Of a DNA stretch of 64,000 bases, positions 20,610 to 30,206 are shown piece after piece. The notes under the pieces are model-generated. The model saw only the letters and a list, made by a program, of their open reading frames with translations. It had not been told where the DNA came from and ran no database searches. The position numbers were made by a program, and so were the translations under genes. Each line of letters starts with the position of its first letter. Position 1 is the first letter of the stretch. The stretch covers positions 480,001 through 544,000 of the forward strand of contig NZ_CP157522.1 of NCBI RefSeq assembly GCF_049075655.1. The letters are read 5' to 3'. Source of the stretch: Methanothermococcus sp. Ax23 (GTDB lineage: Archaea > AGJL01 > Methanococci > Methanococcales > Methanococcaceae).

Positions 20610-21803
20610 CTACCACAAATTTCCATCTAAGTGGCTTTTTATTTTATCGTTGGTTGAATTATACATTCTTCCTATTTTAACTTTATGTATTCCATTTTCT
20701 AGTTTTTGTTTTTCTTTTATTGTATATGCAATATGGAGTTTTTTCAAATATACTAAAAATTCATTTAAATCCTCTTCACTATCTAAATATATCTCAAAAT
20801 CTTCTGTAATCAATTCACCTTTTGAAATATTTTTTATAGTATCTACCATTGGATAAAGTATTGATTTTCCTATGTTTTTTGCTCTTTCCTCCATTTCTTT
20901 TTCGTCTTCATTGAATTCAAATGACTGATATCCCTCCCTAACTAATCTGCTGAACATAAAATCAATACCTAAATCATATACATACCTAAATGCCACAGAT
21001 AAATCATTGCACTGGGTGTAGTGAGTGGTGTATTTTATAGGGTTTATTAACATGCCAGGGTCTTTTAAAACTACACCTTCCCTTTTTTCTTCATTTAGCT
21101 TTAATATTACCTTCTTTATGTGCTCAACATCCTCTTTATTAAATACTCCAATAGGTTTCACATAGGGGAGCTCATATTTTTGTAGGAGCTCCTCCTTTTC
21201 CTTTATTGAAAGTGGCTTATTTGTTTCCCTATGTCTTACATCAAATATATAAAACCCTAAATTTTCGATAATATTATTTTTATTATTGCCATTGTTCTTA
21301 ATTAGTATATTATCAACTTCTGGATAATAATGAGGAACATAGGGATTGTTTAATCCTATCATCTCACCACAAAGCATTAAATCAGGATAATCGTCCAATA
21401 TATTCGTATTTAAAAACTTTAATGCTTTTTTTGTCGTGAATGGACAAATTCGCCCTCCTCGTGTAATTGCCACCACTTCATTATCTACTTTTGCTATCCT
21501 CACATTGTATCCGTCCAGTTTTTCCTCAACAACAATTTTATCAATAAAGTAATTTTTTAATGTGGGATAAAGCATCATTGCACGCCTTATTTTTGGATAG
21601 CCCATTACAATATCCATATTATTATTTAAAAATAAAACCGTCCCCCTCTCAATATGTCTAAGCTTCTTTTTAAATAAAAGGTATTTTTTATTATTGTGCT
21701 CATCAAAAGAAATTATTTTTCTTTCAAATGCCTTTTTTATATCAGCTTCATCTAATTTCAACCTTTCCGAGACCTTTAAAATATCAATATCCATAAAAAT
21801 CAC
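20610..21803 (-). CDS. ATP-dependent RNA ligase, archaeal Rnl3 (Pab1020) family
   Basis: ERGT, GYPKIRR, EKLDGYNVR (motif I), TRGG.ICPFTT, CGE, REGVVLKD, KYTT. Confidence 0.93.
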   Translation of the reverse strand: MIFMDIDILKVSERLKLDEADIKKAFERKIISFDEHNNKKYLLFKKKLRHIERGTVLFLNNNMDIVMGYPKIRRAMMLYPTLKNYFIDKIVVEEKLDGYNVRIAKVDNEVVAITRGGRICPFTTKKALKFLNTNILDDYPDLMLCGEMIGLNNPYVPHYYPEVDNILIKNNGNNKNNIIENLGFYIFDVRHRETNKPLSIKEKEELLQKYELPYVKPIGVFNKEDVEHIKKVILKLNEEKREGVVLKDPGMLINPIKYTTHYTQCNDLSVAFRYVYDLGIDFMFSRLVREGYQSFEFNEDEKEMEERAKNIGKSILYPMVDTIKNISKGELITEDFEIYLDSEEDLNEFLVYLKKLHIAYTIKEKQKLENGIHKVKIGRMYNSTNDKIKSHLDGNLW

Positions 21804-21860
21804 AATTATATTTATTATATCTATTCACTTAATTTATGCTTATTTTATATTATGCTTATT

Positions 21861-22520
21861 TTATATCTTGTTTTTTATAATATTTAATTTCCTTAATTTT
21901 TTAGATACCTTACTAAAAAACAGAATATTCAATGGAGTTCCCAATTTTGTATAACATTTTGGCTCTTTATTCTTTTTTAGTGCCTTTAAAAATTCCTTTG
22001 GATTGTCTTTATCAAATTCATCAACTTCCATATATGCATTGCCGAGCTCCCATGGAAAATGAGAATCGCTCCCTACACCCATTAACAGATTATTTATTTT
22101 AGCATATTCATATGCCATCATATTTGGTTCATCCTGTATGCATCGACTATTAAAAACCTCGACAATATCAACTTTCTTAATAAATTCTTTATTATTTAAC
22201 ACATCAAACCTACACAGAGACCTCCTTCTCCTCCCATCAAATGGATGAGGTAGATAAATCAATCCACCCTGCTCCTTTACCTTATCCATAGCCTCAAAAA
22301 TATCCTTTTCATTTATCTGTTCATTTAAAAATACTCCTATAAATTCTCCTTTTTCTGTGGCTATCTCCTCTCCCGGAATCCCAAAATCCACCTTTGTTAA
22401 TACATTATGGTCTGCTATAACAGGCAGGATATCTTTTATTGAACAAACTTTTTTTAGAAGTTTTATGGGATTTATTGAACATCTGGAACATACTGTATGA
22501 ACATGCATGTCAATTTTCAT
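21861..22520 (-). CDS. PHP-domain metal-dependent phosphoesterase
   Basis: DMHVHT, DHN, PHPF, EVFNSR, GSDSH. Confidence 0.88.
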   Translation of the reverse strand: MKIDMHVHTVCSRCSINPIKLLKKVCSIKDILPVIADHNVLTKVDFGIPGEEIATEKGEFIGVFLNEQINEKDIFEAMDKVKEQGGLIYLPHPFDGRRRRSLCRFDVLNNKEFIKKVDIVEVFNSRCIQDEPNMMAYEYAKINNLLMGVGSDSHFPWELGNAYMEVDEFDKDNPKEFLKALKKNKEPKCYTKLGTPLNILFFSKVSKKLRKLNIIKNKI

Positions 22521-22548
22521 TTATTTTTCACCAAATAAATTTTATAAG

Positions 22549-22607
22549 TATAGTAAATCGACGAACATTTAAGGACATTCAAGGACATCTCATGTCGATT
22601 TACTATA
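22549..22607. repeat. 59-bp element with perfect 14-bp terminal inverted repeats
   Basis: TATAGTAAATCGAC...GTCGATTTACTATA enclosing tandem acatt(t/c)aagg units. Confidence 0.75.
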
Positions 22608-22612
22608 ATCCC

Positions 22613-23911
22613 TCATTCATTAGGGATGAATTTCTCTTTTATTTTACCTATCTTTTTATAAATATCATTTAAAAACTTATCCCCGAATATGAATTTTTTA
22701 TTTTCCAATAATACTCTCCCATTCACTATTACTGTATCCACATCATTTCCATTTGCAGAATATACAATATTTGATTTTATATTATTGATAGGTCTTAAAT
22801 GTGGTGCATTAAGGTCTAATAACACAATATCGTTATTTTCAAATCCTAATATTTCACTGTCAAAAGCCATCTTTAAAACCGTGTCAATATCTCCAACTGT
22901 TGGGTCCCATCTATGTGCTTTGTGAAGTAATGCGGTGATTTTCATTTCTTCCAAAATATCTAAATTATTGTTGCTCGCAGGTCCATCTGTTCCAATGGAT
23001 ACTTTTACGCCATCATTTAACATCTCCACAAGGGGCATAACCCCACCGCTTGCAAGTTTCATATTACTTCCTGGGCAGTGGGATACTTTCACATTATGCT
23101 TCGCAAGTTTTTTTACCTCATCCTTTGTAATCCATACACAGTGAGCTCCCATTACATTGCTATCCAACACTCCAATATTTTCCAAATATTCAATAGGTCT
23201 CATTTTTATATTATTCTCCATTTCCACTACTTCGTATCTAGTTTCAGATATGTGGGTGTGCAATAAGGTGTTGTATTCATCGGCTATTTCCTTACATCTA
23301 ATATATGTTTCCTTTGAGCAGGTGTATGGGGCATGTGGGGCTATTGCTGGTTTAACTGTTTTTTCATCCTTATGTTCTTTTATAAAATTTTCTGCCATCT
23401 TTAAAAGTTTGTCCAAGTCCTTACTTTCAGGAGTTCCAAAGTCAATTATTGGAAAACTTATTACTCCCTTTAATCCAATTTCCTTTGTAGCTCTTAATAT
23501 CTCTTCTGAAAAGAAATACATTTCATTAAATGATGTAATACCAAACCTCAGCATTTCAAGGCATCCCAATAGAGAACCGTAATAAACATCCTCTTTTGTG
23601 AGTTTTGCCTCATTGGGCCATATTTTATCATTTAACCAATTCTGTAAAATCATGTCGTCGGCAATTCCCCTTAAAAGGGTCATTGGAATATGTGTATGAG
23701 TGTTTGTTAATCCCGGCATTGCACATTTGTTCTTTCCATCGATTATTTTTAAATCCTTCTTGTTTAGGTTTTCCTTTTCCAACAGATTCTTGCCAATTAC
23801 AATTTTTGTGTTATTGTCGTCATTTTCTTCTTTTATTAGGATATCGACACTTTCATAAACATTTAACTCTTTATCAACTGCGTAATTTAAATTTTCTACC
23901 AATATCATCAT
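22613..23911 (-). CDS. dadD: 5'-deoxyadenosine / methylthioadenosine deaminase (amidohydrolase)
   Basis: NTHTH, PHAPYTC, HISET, AHCV, GTDGPASNN motifs of the MtaD/DadD family. Confidence 0.85.
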   Translation of the reverse strand: MMILVENLNYAVDKELNVYESVDILIKEENDDNNTKIVIGKNLLEKENLNKKDLKIIDGKNKCAMPGLTNTHTHIPMTLLRGIADDMILQNWLNDKIWPNEAKLTKEDVYYGSLLGCLEMLRFGITSFNEMYFFSEEILRATKEIGLKGVISFPIIDFGTPESKDLDKLLKMAENFIKEHKDEKTVKPAIAPHAPYTCSKETYIRCKEIADEYNTLLHTHISETRYEVVEMENNIKMRPIEYLENIGVLDSNVMGAHCVWITKDEVKKLAKHNVKVSHCPGSNMKLASGGVMPLVEMLNDGVKVSIGTDGPASNNNLDILEEMKITALLHKAHRWDPTVGDIDTVLKMAFDSEILGFENNDIVLLDLNAPHLRPINNIKSNIVYSANGNDVDTVIVNGRVLLENKKFIFGDKFLNDIYKKIGKIKEKFIPNE

Positions 23912-24087
23912 ATTACCACTAAATTTGCAAATTATTTTATAAATATAATATTAAATTAAAAATAAAAAGATAAAAGGTTTTTTATAATATATAATACAAC
24001 ATATAAATTTGTTAATGTTTAAATTCGTTATTTCATTATTAAAATTCTTTGTTCATAAAAATAGTAATTTAAAGGATTCATTTATAT

Positions 24088-25016
24088 TAGTGTGGGTCAT
24101 ATTACACTCTAACCTCTAATACCTTCATATAAGGATAACCTCTGGTAATGAGATTATATAGTGCTAAAACCTGTGCAGAAACTACTGCACAGAGACAGAA
24201 TACTTTTTTACGAATATAACCTTTGATATTAATCCAAAACTTATTCATAAATCGGTTCTTTAATATTGAATTGGTGTGCTCTATTTTAACTCTTATCTTA
24301 GAAACTTCCGAAGGAAGTTTCTTTTTATTTTTCCTACCCAATCTCCGTGGATTATGTGCTGTTATTAGTTCATTTTTGTATAATTCTATCGCTTTTTTTT
24401 AAATCTTTTGAATCATAGCCTGCATCTGCACAGGACTTTTTGGTAGGTACTAATAATTTATCAGCTACTTTACAATCGTGAGTATTTGCTGTGGTAAATT
24501 CTGCTCTTAATGGTATTCCTAACTTATCTACTGCTAAATGTAATTTAAAGCCTTTAAACATTCCTACACTGTTATATCCTATCTTTCCCTCAATATCTGT
24601 TTCGTCTTTTATTGGAGTGCTATCGTATATTGACCATTCAGGATTATTTAGTTCAATATATTTATCACCTAATAAAGTAATTATTGCATGCAATTCTTCA
24701 TCTAGGGATTTTTTCCATCTATCGATGGTTCTTCTACCAGGGCAGGATTTAAATCCTAATGCAGTTAAAATCTGTGGATTATTTTGTAAGTGTAATACTA
24801 ACGCTCTATTTGAATGTATGCCTTTTAAAAAGGCATACACTAATAGTTTAAGCCTCAACTCTAAATTATATCCTTTTCTCCCTACCTTTCTTCGTTTAGG
24901 GATTCGGTCAATTAAATCTGATGTAATTATCTCATTTACCACTTCCTCAGCCTTCATATTATCGTCTTTTTTATAATATTATATTTAGTATAGGTTATAT
25001 ATTTTGACCCATACTA
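24088..25016 (-). mobile_element. Insertion sequence (IS5/IS1182-like DDE), about 0.93 kb
   Basis: Terminal inverted repeats TAGT(G/A)TGGGTCA; flanking direct repeat GGATTCATTTATAT at 24074 and 25017; encloses a transposase. Confidence 0.9.
24102..24957 (-). pseudogene. DDE transposase split by a one-base frameshift at an A8 run (about 24393-24400)
   Basis: N-terminal GRKGY..LL..SNR.L domain, YDSTP, GFKLHL, ADAGYDS; removing one A joins it to NPRR..RVKIEHTN (catalytic E) in ORF 24102-24341. Confidence 0.85.
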
Positions 25017-25081
25017 GGATTCATTTATATTTTTAAAACACGGTTTACTATGCTCTTTTTTAAATCTTAAAATATAATATT

Positions 25082-25414
25082 TTACTCCACATTTCTTATA
25101 TAAATAAATACATCATATTTATTTCCTTCATTATCATAGGCATGGGTTTTTCTCCTGAAATAATATTCTCCCTCATCCTCATAATCGTCAAATATCTTTA
25201 ATTCATCTTCTGATATGCCAAATAAAATAATTCCTTCGACAACTGAATTTTCTTTTTTCCTAATGCCGTAATAACCGATACTTTGGTCAAAAAACTTTTC
25301 AAATCCCATTATTTTTCCTTTTTTCATCTCTGGAATTCTATTTATTAATTCCTTTAACCTATCCTTTTTCATTAATTCTCCATAGGCAAATACATTAATT
25401 TTCGTAATATCCAT
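25082..25414 (-). CDS. Gamma-glutamylcyclotransferase (AIG2-like) family protein
   Basis: VFAYGELM, VEG, FDDYE..Y.R motifs. Confidence 0.85.
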   Translation of the reverse strand: MDITKINVFAYGELMKKDRLKELINRIPEMKKGKIMGFEKFFDQSIGYYGIRKKENSVVEGIILFGISEDELKIFDDYEDEGEYYFRRKTHAYDNEGNKYDVFIYIRNVE

Positions 25415-26283
25415 TATATCCCCATATTTAGATGATTATATATTATCCCTTCTCTTATGCCATATTCTGAAATAATTAACTCCTTACACTCAAATAAGTC
25501 CATAATCTCAGATATTACTATTCCAGCAGAAACTACGGTTTCTGACCGTTTAGATGATATGTCATATTTATTTGAGATATCATCTGGTTTTAAATGTTTT
25601 ATTTTTGATAGTATTTCATTTAACTGATTCTTACTTACCCTTCTCTTACCTATAATTTTTACCAATGCCCTTACACTACCACCTACTCCAACTATTTTAT
25701 CAGATGTTGATGCTGGGTTAATATGTTTTTTTATCTTTTTCCGCATACCTTCTTCATCTACCAATACTCCGTTTTTAAAAAACTCTCCATAGTTCAGAGT
25801 GCCTAATGGGTAGCTATTATAATGTTTAATCTTGCCTCCTGATACACCGCATATTTCTAAACTTCCACCGCCAATATCAAAAACAAGACCCTCTGAAATG
25901 TCAGTATCCAATAAAGCCCCATATGCTGAATACATCGCTTCCTCTTCATCAGATAATATTTTTATATCAAAAATATCCTTAGTTTCTTCCAAAAATTCTG
26001 ATTTATTTCCTGCTATTCTTACAGCATATGTTGCAAAGGCTATTACCTCTTTTGGATTATATTTATCCAATTCTTCCTTAAAGTCCTTTAAAATATTTTT
26101 AGTTTTTAATATACCATCCTTTGAAATTATACATTTATTAAAATATATATGTTGTAAATAATTAAATAACCTTAAATAAATTGATTTTGTATATATCTTA
26201 TTAATTTTACCGTTATTAATTTTATATATTACTAATTTTACAGTATTTGAACCTATATCCACTAACCCTACTGTTCCCTCCAA
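25414..26283 (-). CDS. Ppx/GppA family exopolyphosphatase
   Basis: DIGSNTVKL, AT.AVR.A.N, EEEA, DIGGGSLE, GIREG. Confidence 0.9.
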   Translation of the reverse strand: MEGTVGLVDIGSNTVKLVIYKINNGKINKIYTKSIYLRLFNYLQHIYFNKCIISKDGILKTKNILKDFKEELDKYNPKEVIAFATYAVRIAGNKSEFLEETKDIFDIKILSDEEEAMYSAYGALLDTDISEGLVFDIGGGSLEICGVSGGKIKHYNSYPLGTLNYGEFFKNGVLVDEEGMRKKIKKHINPASTSDKIVGVGGSVRALVKIIGKRRVSKNQLNEILSKIKHLKPDDISNKYDISSKRSETVVSAGIVISEIMDLFECKELIISEYGIREGIIYNHLNMGI

Positions 26284-26329
26284 TTTAACACCTTCTTTAA
26301 CATCTTATGCTTATCGGTTTTATTACTTG

Positions 26330-26379
26330 ACAAAATCCCTTCGGGATTTTGTAAGTTAGTAAATCCAAAGGATTAACTT
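26330..26379. repeat. Short double-hairpin palindromic module
   Basis: acaaaatccc-ttc-gggattttgt followed by aagtta..atcc-aaa-ggat-taactt; related to 3994-4041. Confidence 0.75.
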
Positions 26380-26552
26380 TGAATTAATATACTAATTTCA
26401 TCCATAATCATATTCTATTATTTAAATAGTTCTAATTTGTATATAAAATTTTCTATTTATTAAATATTAATTCATAAATTATGAACTTATATTATAAAAT
26501 AAAAAATTATTAAATAATACACACACCCACTTAAATAACCAAATAACCTAAA

Positions 26553-28916
26553 TTAGAAAAAACTATCCAATGTTATTTGTTTATTAAGGTTTTTGAGCTC
26601 ATCCTTTGAAATTCCTAATGATTCCATTATCCGTAATACGGGCGGTAAAATTTGATTATCAATATAATATGATGTATCGTAATCTTTTGCATCCTCTGGA
26701 AGAGTTGCCCTTTCACTTATAGATTTATTTCCACTAATTATTATATATCCTATCACATCCCCTACTTTTAATCTCCCGCCATTTTTTAATATTTTTTTTG
26801 CCACTTCAACATGGGGTGCTGTGGTTTTATATTCGTTGATATCCTTTGTGAGCTGAGTATATATTATTAAATCCTTTTTATCGATTTTTCCATTTCTTAA
26901 ATCTGTTATGGTGTCCCTTATAATACTTTTTGCCTTTTCAATATCCCCCTCTTTTAACAGGGTTTCTAAAACATCTCTTTGAGTTTTCTTTGCAATATTC
27001 GACCAGTCCCGCCTTACAAACTCTAATCCTTTTATTGTTATTTTATCGTTTTCGTCGATAAGTGCGTATCTCTTTTTTGTGATAAATATACCCCTTTTAT
27101 AGTATCCTTCAAACTCTAACTCCATATCTTTTGGAAGTTTTTCATTTATTCTGTTTAAAAATTCATAGGTTTTATTTAATAGGGTTTTTTTATCGGTGTT
27201 TTTCTTCAATACTGAATATAATCCATCAGTGTCAGCATATATTACTTTAAATCCGTTTTTTTCCGCTTCTTCAATAGTTTTTTGAATATATGTCCTGCCC
27301 AAATGTGTAATTATTTCGGCACATTCCTTCGAATACCACCGAGCTCTTGGATAAGCCATATATCCATAATATGAATTTGCCAATGTCTTCAAAGATTTTT
27401 GCTCATAATTTAGCAGATTATAGTATTCAGAGTTATTTTTATATTTATCATCTTTTTTACTGTCTTTCTCTTTTAAAATTTTTTTAATATTTTTTCTCCT
27501 TTCAATCAAGTTCCTTAATACTTTTGGAATAAGTCCAGTTCTTCTTTTACAAAACCAATGACCCAATATCTTTTCAGATGTATCCTCACAGCATTTGCAG
27601 TCGATGGTATCAGGGCTAATATTGTAGCTTATTATGATGGAAGGGTAGAGAGCTCTGAAATCCATACTCACAATATTTTCATGCATGCCCTTAATTGGCT
27701 CCTTTACATAACCCCCTTCATAATATCCCCTTAATCTTTTTTGATATTCTCTGTTTGAAGGTTTATTTGGTGCTAAAAAGTTGTTATTAAATGAATGCTT
27801 TAATAAAAGATATTCAACCATCTGACTGCTTCCCATTCTGCTAACTTCGAATAGTGTTTGATTTACAATTCTTGAAAACATGACCTCCAACGGCAAAAAA
27901 TATTCTCCAATTTTGTATGTATAATAAGCGTCTTGAAAAGAGTATTCAACAAGATTTTTATCCATATTATTCCACAGATTTGATATATTTTGATGCCCAA
28001 CTTCTAACTTATGCACCCCAAAGAGCTCATAACTTACATCTTCCAATTTATATTTTGTTAGGTTTAGGGTTCTTCTTGCTATTGGATATAAATCAATATG
28101 CACTTTTCCCGGAATATAGCTTCTTAAATGAATTCCCCCTCGTGAAATCTTTATTTTCTGTTTTTTCTGTTTATCAAAAGATACATCTATTCCAAAATGC
28201 TCAGCTCTTCTTTTTAAATAAGGAAAATCAAAGTTATCGCCGTTGTAAGTGTATATTATATCGTAATCTTTTAGAATGTCAATTGTTCTTTTTATAAGTT
28301 CTTTCTCATCCATCACGAGCTCCACATATTCATGCTCAAAAGGTTTGTATGTTATTACTTTTTTTAAGTCCTTTGAACAAAAACTTGTCATCAATATGGG
28401 GTTTTTCTCTGGGTCAGGTTCTCTGCCTTCGCAATATACTTCCATATCAAAGGAAATGGTTTTTAATTCTGGTAGGTTGTTATTTGCTATTATTCTGTTT
28501 TCATCCTCAAAATCATTATAGTATGTTGTTGGGATTATATTTTTATCAATTAAATACCGCTTTGTAAATGGAATGTCGTGTTCATATATTTCTCCGAGCT
28601 CCTTTAATACTCTCAGTTTTGGAACATCTTTTGGATACTTTACAGTTATTTTTGTAAGATTCTTTTCAATTATTCGATTTTTTGAGTCATTGAGATTACT
28701 GTTTATAATAATCTTTTTTACAGTTTCAAGGTCTTCGATATAATTTAGGAGATTTTTTTTATCCTCATCACTACTTAAAAAGTCATTTATTTCCTTTATA
28801 GGGGCATCCACATAAAAATATGGTTTAAAATTATTCTCTTTTAAAATTCTATTTAGCAGATATAGGTAGATACATTTGTCTTCTGAATCGTAATTTATAT
28901 CAATAAGGGCATCCAT
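26553..28916 (-). CDS. polB: Family B DNA polymerase, intein-free
   Basis: FDME, YNGDNFDFPYL, DFRALYPSII, KTLANSYYGY, YADTDG, C-terminal PIP box QITLDSFF. Confidence 0.97.
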   Translation of the reverse strand: MDALIDINYDSEDKCIYLYLLNRILKENNFKPYFYVDAPIKEINDFLSSDEDKKNLLNYIEDLETVKKIIINSNLNDSKNRIIEKNLTKITVKYPKDVPKLRVLKELGEIYEHDIPFTKRYLIDKNIIPTTYYNDFEDENRIIANNNLPELKTISFDMEVYCEGREPDPEKNPILMTSFCSKDLKKVITYKPFEHEYVELVMDEKELIKRTIDILKDYDIIYTYNGDNFDFPYLKRRAEHFGIDVSFDKQKKQKIKISRGGIHLRSYIPGKVHIDLYPIARRTLNLTKYKLEDVSYELFGVHKLEVGHQNISNLWNNMDKNLVEYSFQDAYYTYKIGEYFLPLEVMFSRIVNQTLFEVSRMGSSQMVEYLLLKHSFNNNFLAPNKPSNREYQKRLRGYYEGGYVKEPIKGMHENIVSMDFRALYPSIIISYNISPDTIDCKCCEDTSEKILGHWFCKRRTGLIPKVLRNLIERRKNIKKILKEKDSKKDDKYKNNSEYYNLLNYEQKSLKTLANSYYGYMAYPRARWYSKECAEIITHLGRTYIQKTIEEAEKNGFKVIYADTDGLYSVLKKNTDKKTLLNKTYEFLNRINEKLPKDMELEFEGYYKRGIFITKKRYALIDENDKITIKGLEFVRRDWSNIAKKTQRDVLETLLKEGDIEKAKSIIRDTITDLRNGKIDKKDLIIYTQLTKDINEYKTTAPHVEVAKKILKNGGRLKVGDVIGYIIISGNKSISERATLPEDAKDYDTSYYIDNQILPPVLRIMESLGISKDELKNLNKQITLDSFF

Positions 28917-29068
28917 ACTTACACCAAAAAATATAATAATTAACTGAATTTATCTGATTTCAGCTATTTAATATTTTTCCAGATGTTAATCTTCCTAAAA
29001 TAATATATATTAATAAATATATACCTTATTGCTGTAAAATAAGTAGAAAATGGCTGAGAGTGATATTA

Positions 29069-29251
29069 ATGAATATAGTTCAATCCTATATTACTGATGA
29101 AAAAGGAGATATTAAAGGAGTGATTTTAGATTATAAAGTATTTAAAAAGATTGAAGAGATGATTTTAGATTATGGCCTCTTAAAGGCGATGGAAGAAGTT
29201 GAAGAAGATGAAGAGATAGACTTAGAAACTGCAAAAAAGTTATTGGAATAG
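29069..29251 (+). CDS. Putative antitoxin (RelB-like)
   Basis: Small acidic ORF (YITDEKG..VILD..LDYGL.KAM) immediately upstream of a RelE-type toxin. Confidence 0.8.
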   Translation: MNIVQSYITDEKGDIKGVILDYKVFKKIEEMILDYGLLKAMEEVEEDEEIDLETAKKLLE

Positions 29252-29258
29252 GGAGAGA

Positions 29259-29525
29259 ATGGAAGTTTCATTCAAAAAGGCGTTTATTAAAGATTTTAAA
29301 AATTTGCCCAATAACATTAAAGAGCGAGTTAAGAAATTAGTTTTTGAAGAGATACCGAATAAAGCTAATATCTCCGATATACCAAATATTAAGAGATTAA
29401 AAGGGCATACTGGATATTACAGGATTAGAGTTGGAGATTATAGAATTGGTTTTAAATATAATAATGGAAAAATTGTTTTTTATAGGATTTTGCATCGAAA
29501 ATATATTTATAAAAAATTTCCATAA
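29259..29525 (+). CDS. RelE/ParE family type II toxin
   Basis: Basic 88 aa; [19 protein letters not shown]. Confidence 0.9.
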   Translation: MEVSFKKAFIKDFKNLPNNIKERVKKLVFEEIPNKANISDIPNIKRLKGHTGYYRIRVGDYRIGFKYNNGKIVFYRILHRKYIYKKFP

Positions 29526-29642
29526 GTTCAATATAATTAATAGTACATTATTTAGTGCCAACATCATATAAATATAATAATACTTTTTTGATTCAGATGA
29601 AATAAAAACTTAAACTTTAACTGAAGATTTTTTGGTGGTATT

Positions 29643-30137
29643 ATGATAATAAAAGGTAATGTTCATTCATTTGGTGATGATGTAGATACTGATGCTATAA
29701 TTCCAGGACCTTATTTAAAAACAACAGACCCTTATGAGCTCGCATCACACTGCATGGCAGGTATTGATGAGAACTTTCCAAAGAAGGTTAAGGAAGGAGA
29801 TATAATAGTTGCTGGCGAAAATTTTGGCTGTGGAAGTAGTAGGGAGCAGGCACCAATTTCTATAAAATACACAGGTATTAGGGCGGTTGTTGCCGAGAGT
29901 TTTGCAAGAATATTTTACAGAAACTGCATAAATATAGGGCTTATTCCAATTACCTGTAAAGGGATAAAAAAGGAGAATATACAGGACGGAGATATTGTAG
30001 AAATTGATTTAGAAAATAAAAAAATAATCATTAACAATAAAAAATTAGATTGCGATGTTCCAAAAGGCATAGAATGGGACATATTAAGTGCTGGTGGATT
30101 GGTTAAATATGCTAAATTAAAGGTAAATAAGGAATAA
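29643..30137 (+). CDS. aksE: Homoaconitase small subunit (LeuD-like)
   Basis: [37 protein letters not shown]; YL(R/K)T loop points to homoaconitase rather than IPMI (YLVY). Confidence 0.8.
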   Translation: MIIKGNVHSFGDDVDTDAIIPGPYLKTTDPYELASHCMAGIDENFPKKVKEGDIIVAGENFGCGSSREQAPISIKYTGIRAVVAESFARIFYRNCINIGLIPITCKGIKKENIQDGDIVEIDLENKKIIINNKKLDCDVPKGIEWDILSAGGLVKYAKLKVNKE

Positions 30138-30206
30138 AAAGAAAATAGATAAAAAATAAAATAAAAAGTAAAAAAATAAAAAACAAATAAATATAATGGT
30201 GATTTA

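Noticed and set aside
23149-26594. GAGCTC-free gaps (also 10235-13019 and 43262-46384) as markers of foreign DNA
   Set aside because: At about one site per 800 bp, a few 3-kb gaps are expected by chance; one gap covers the native thermosome gene
29060-29525. Toxin-antitoxin pair as part of an integrated element
   Set aside because: No integrase, att repeats or other cargo; solitary TA pairs are common in archaea
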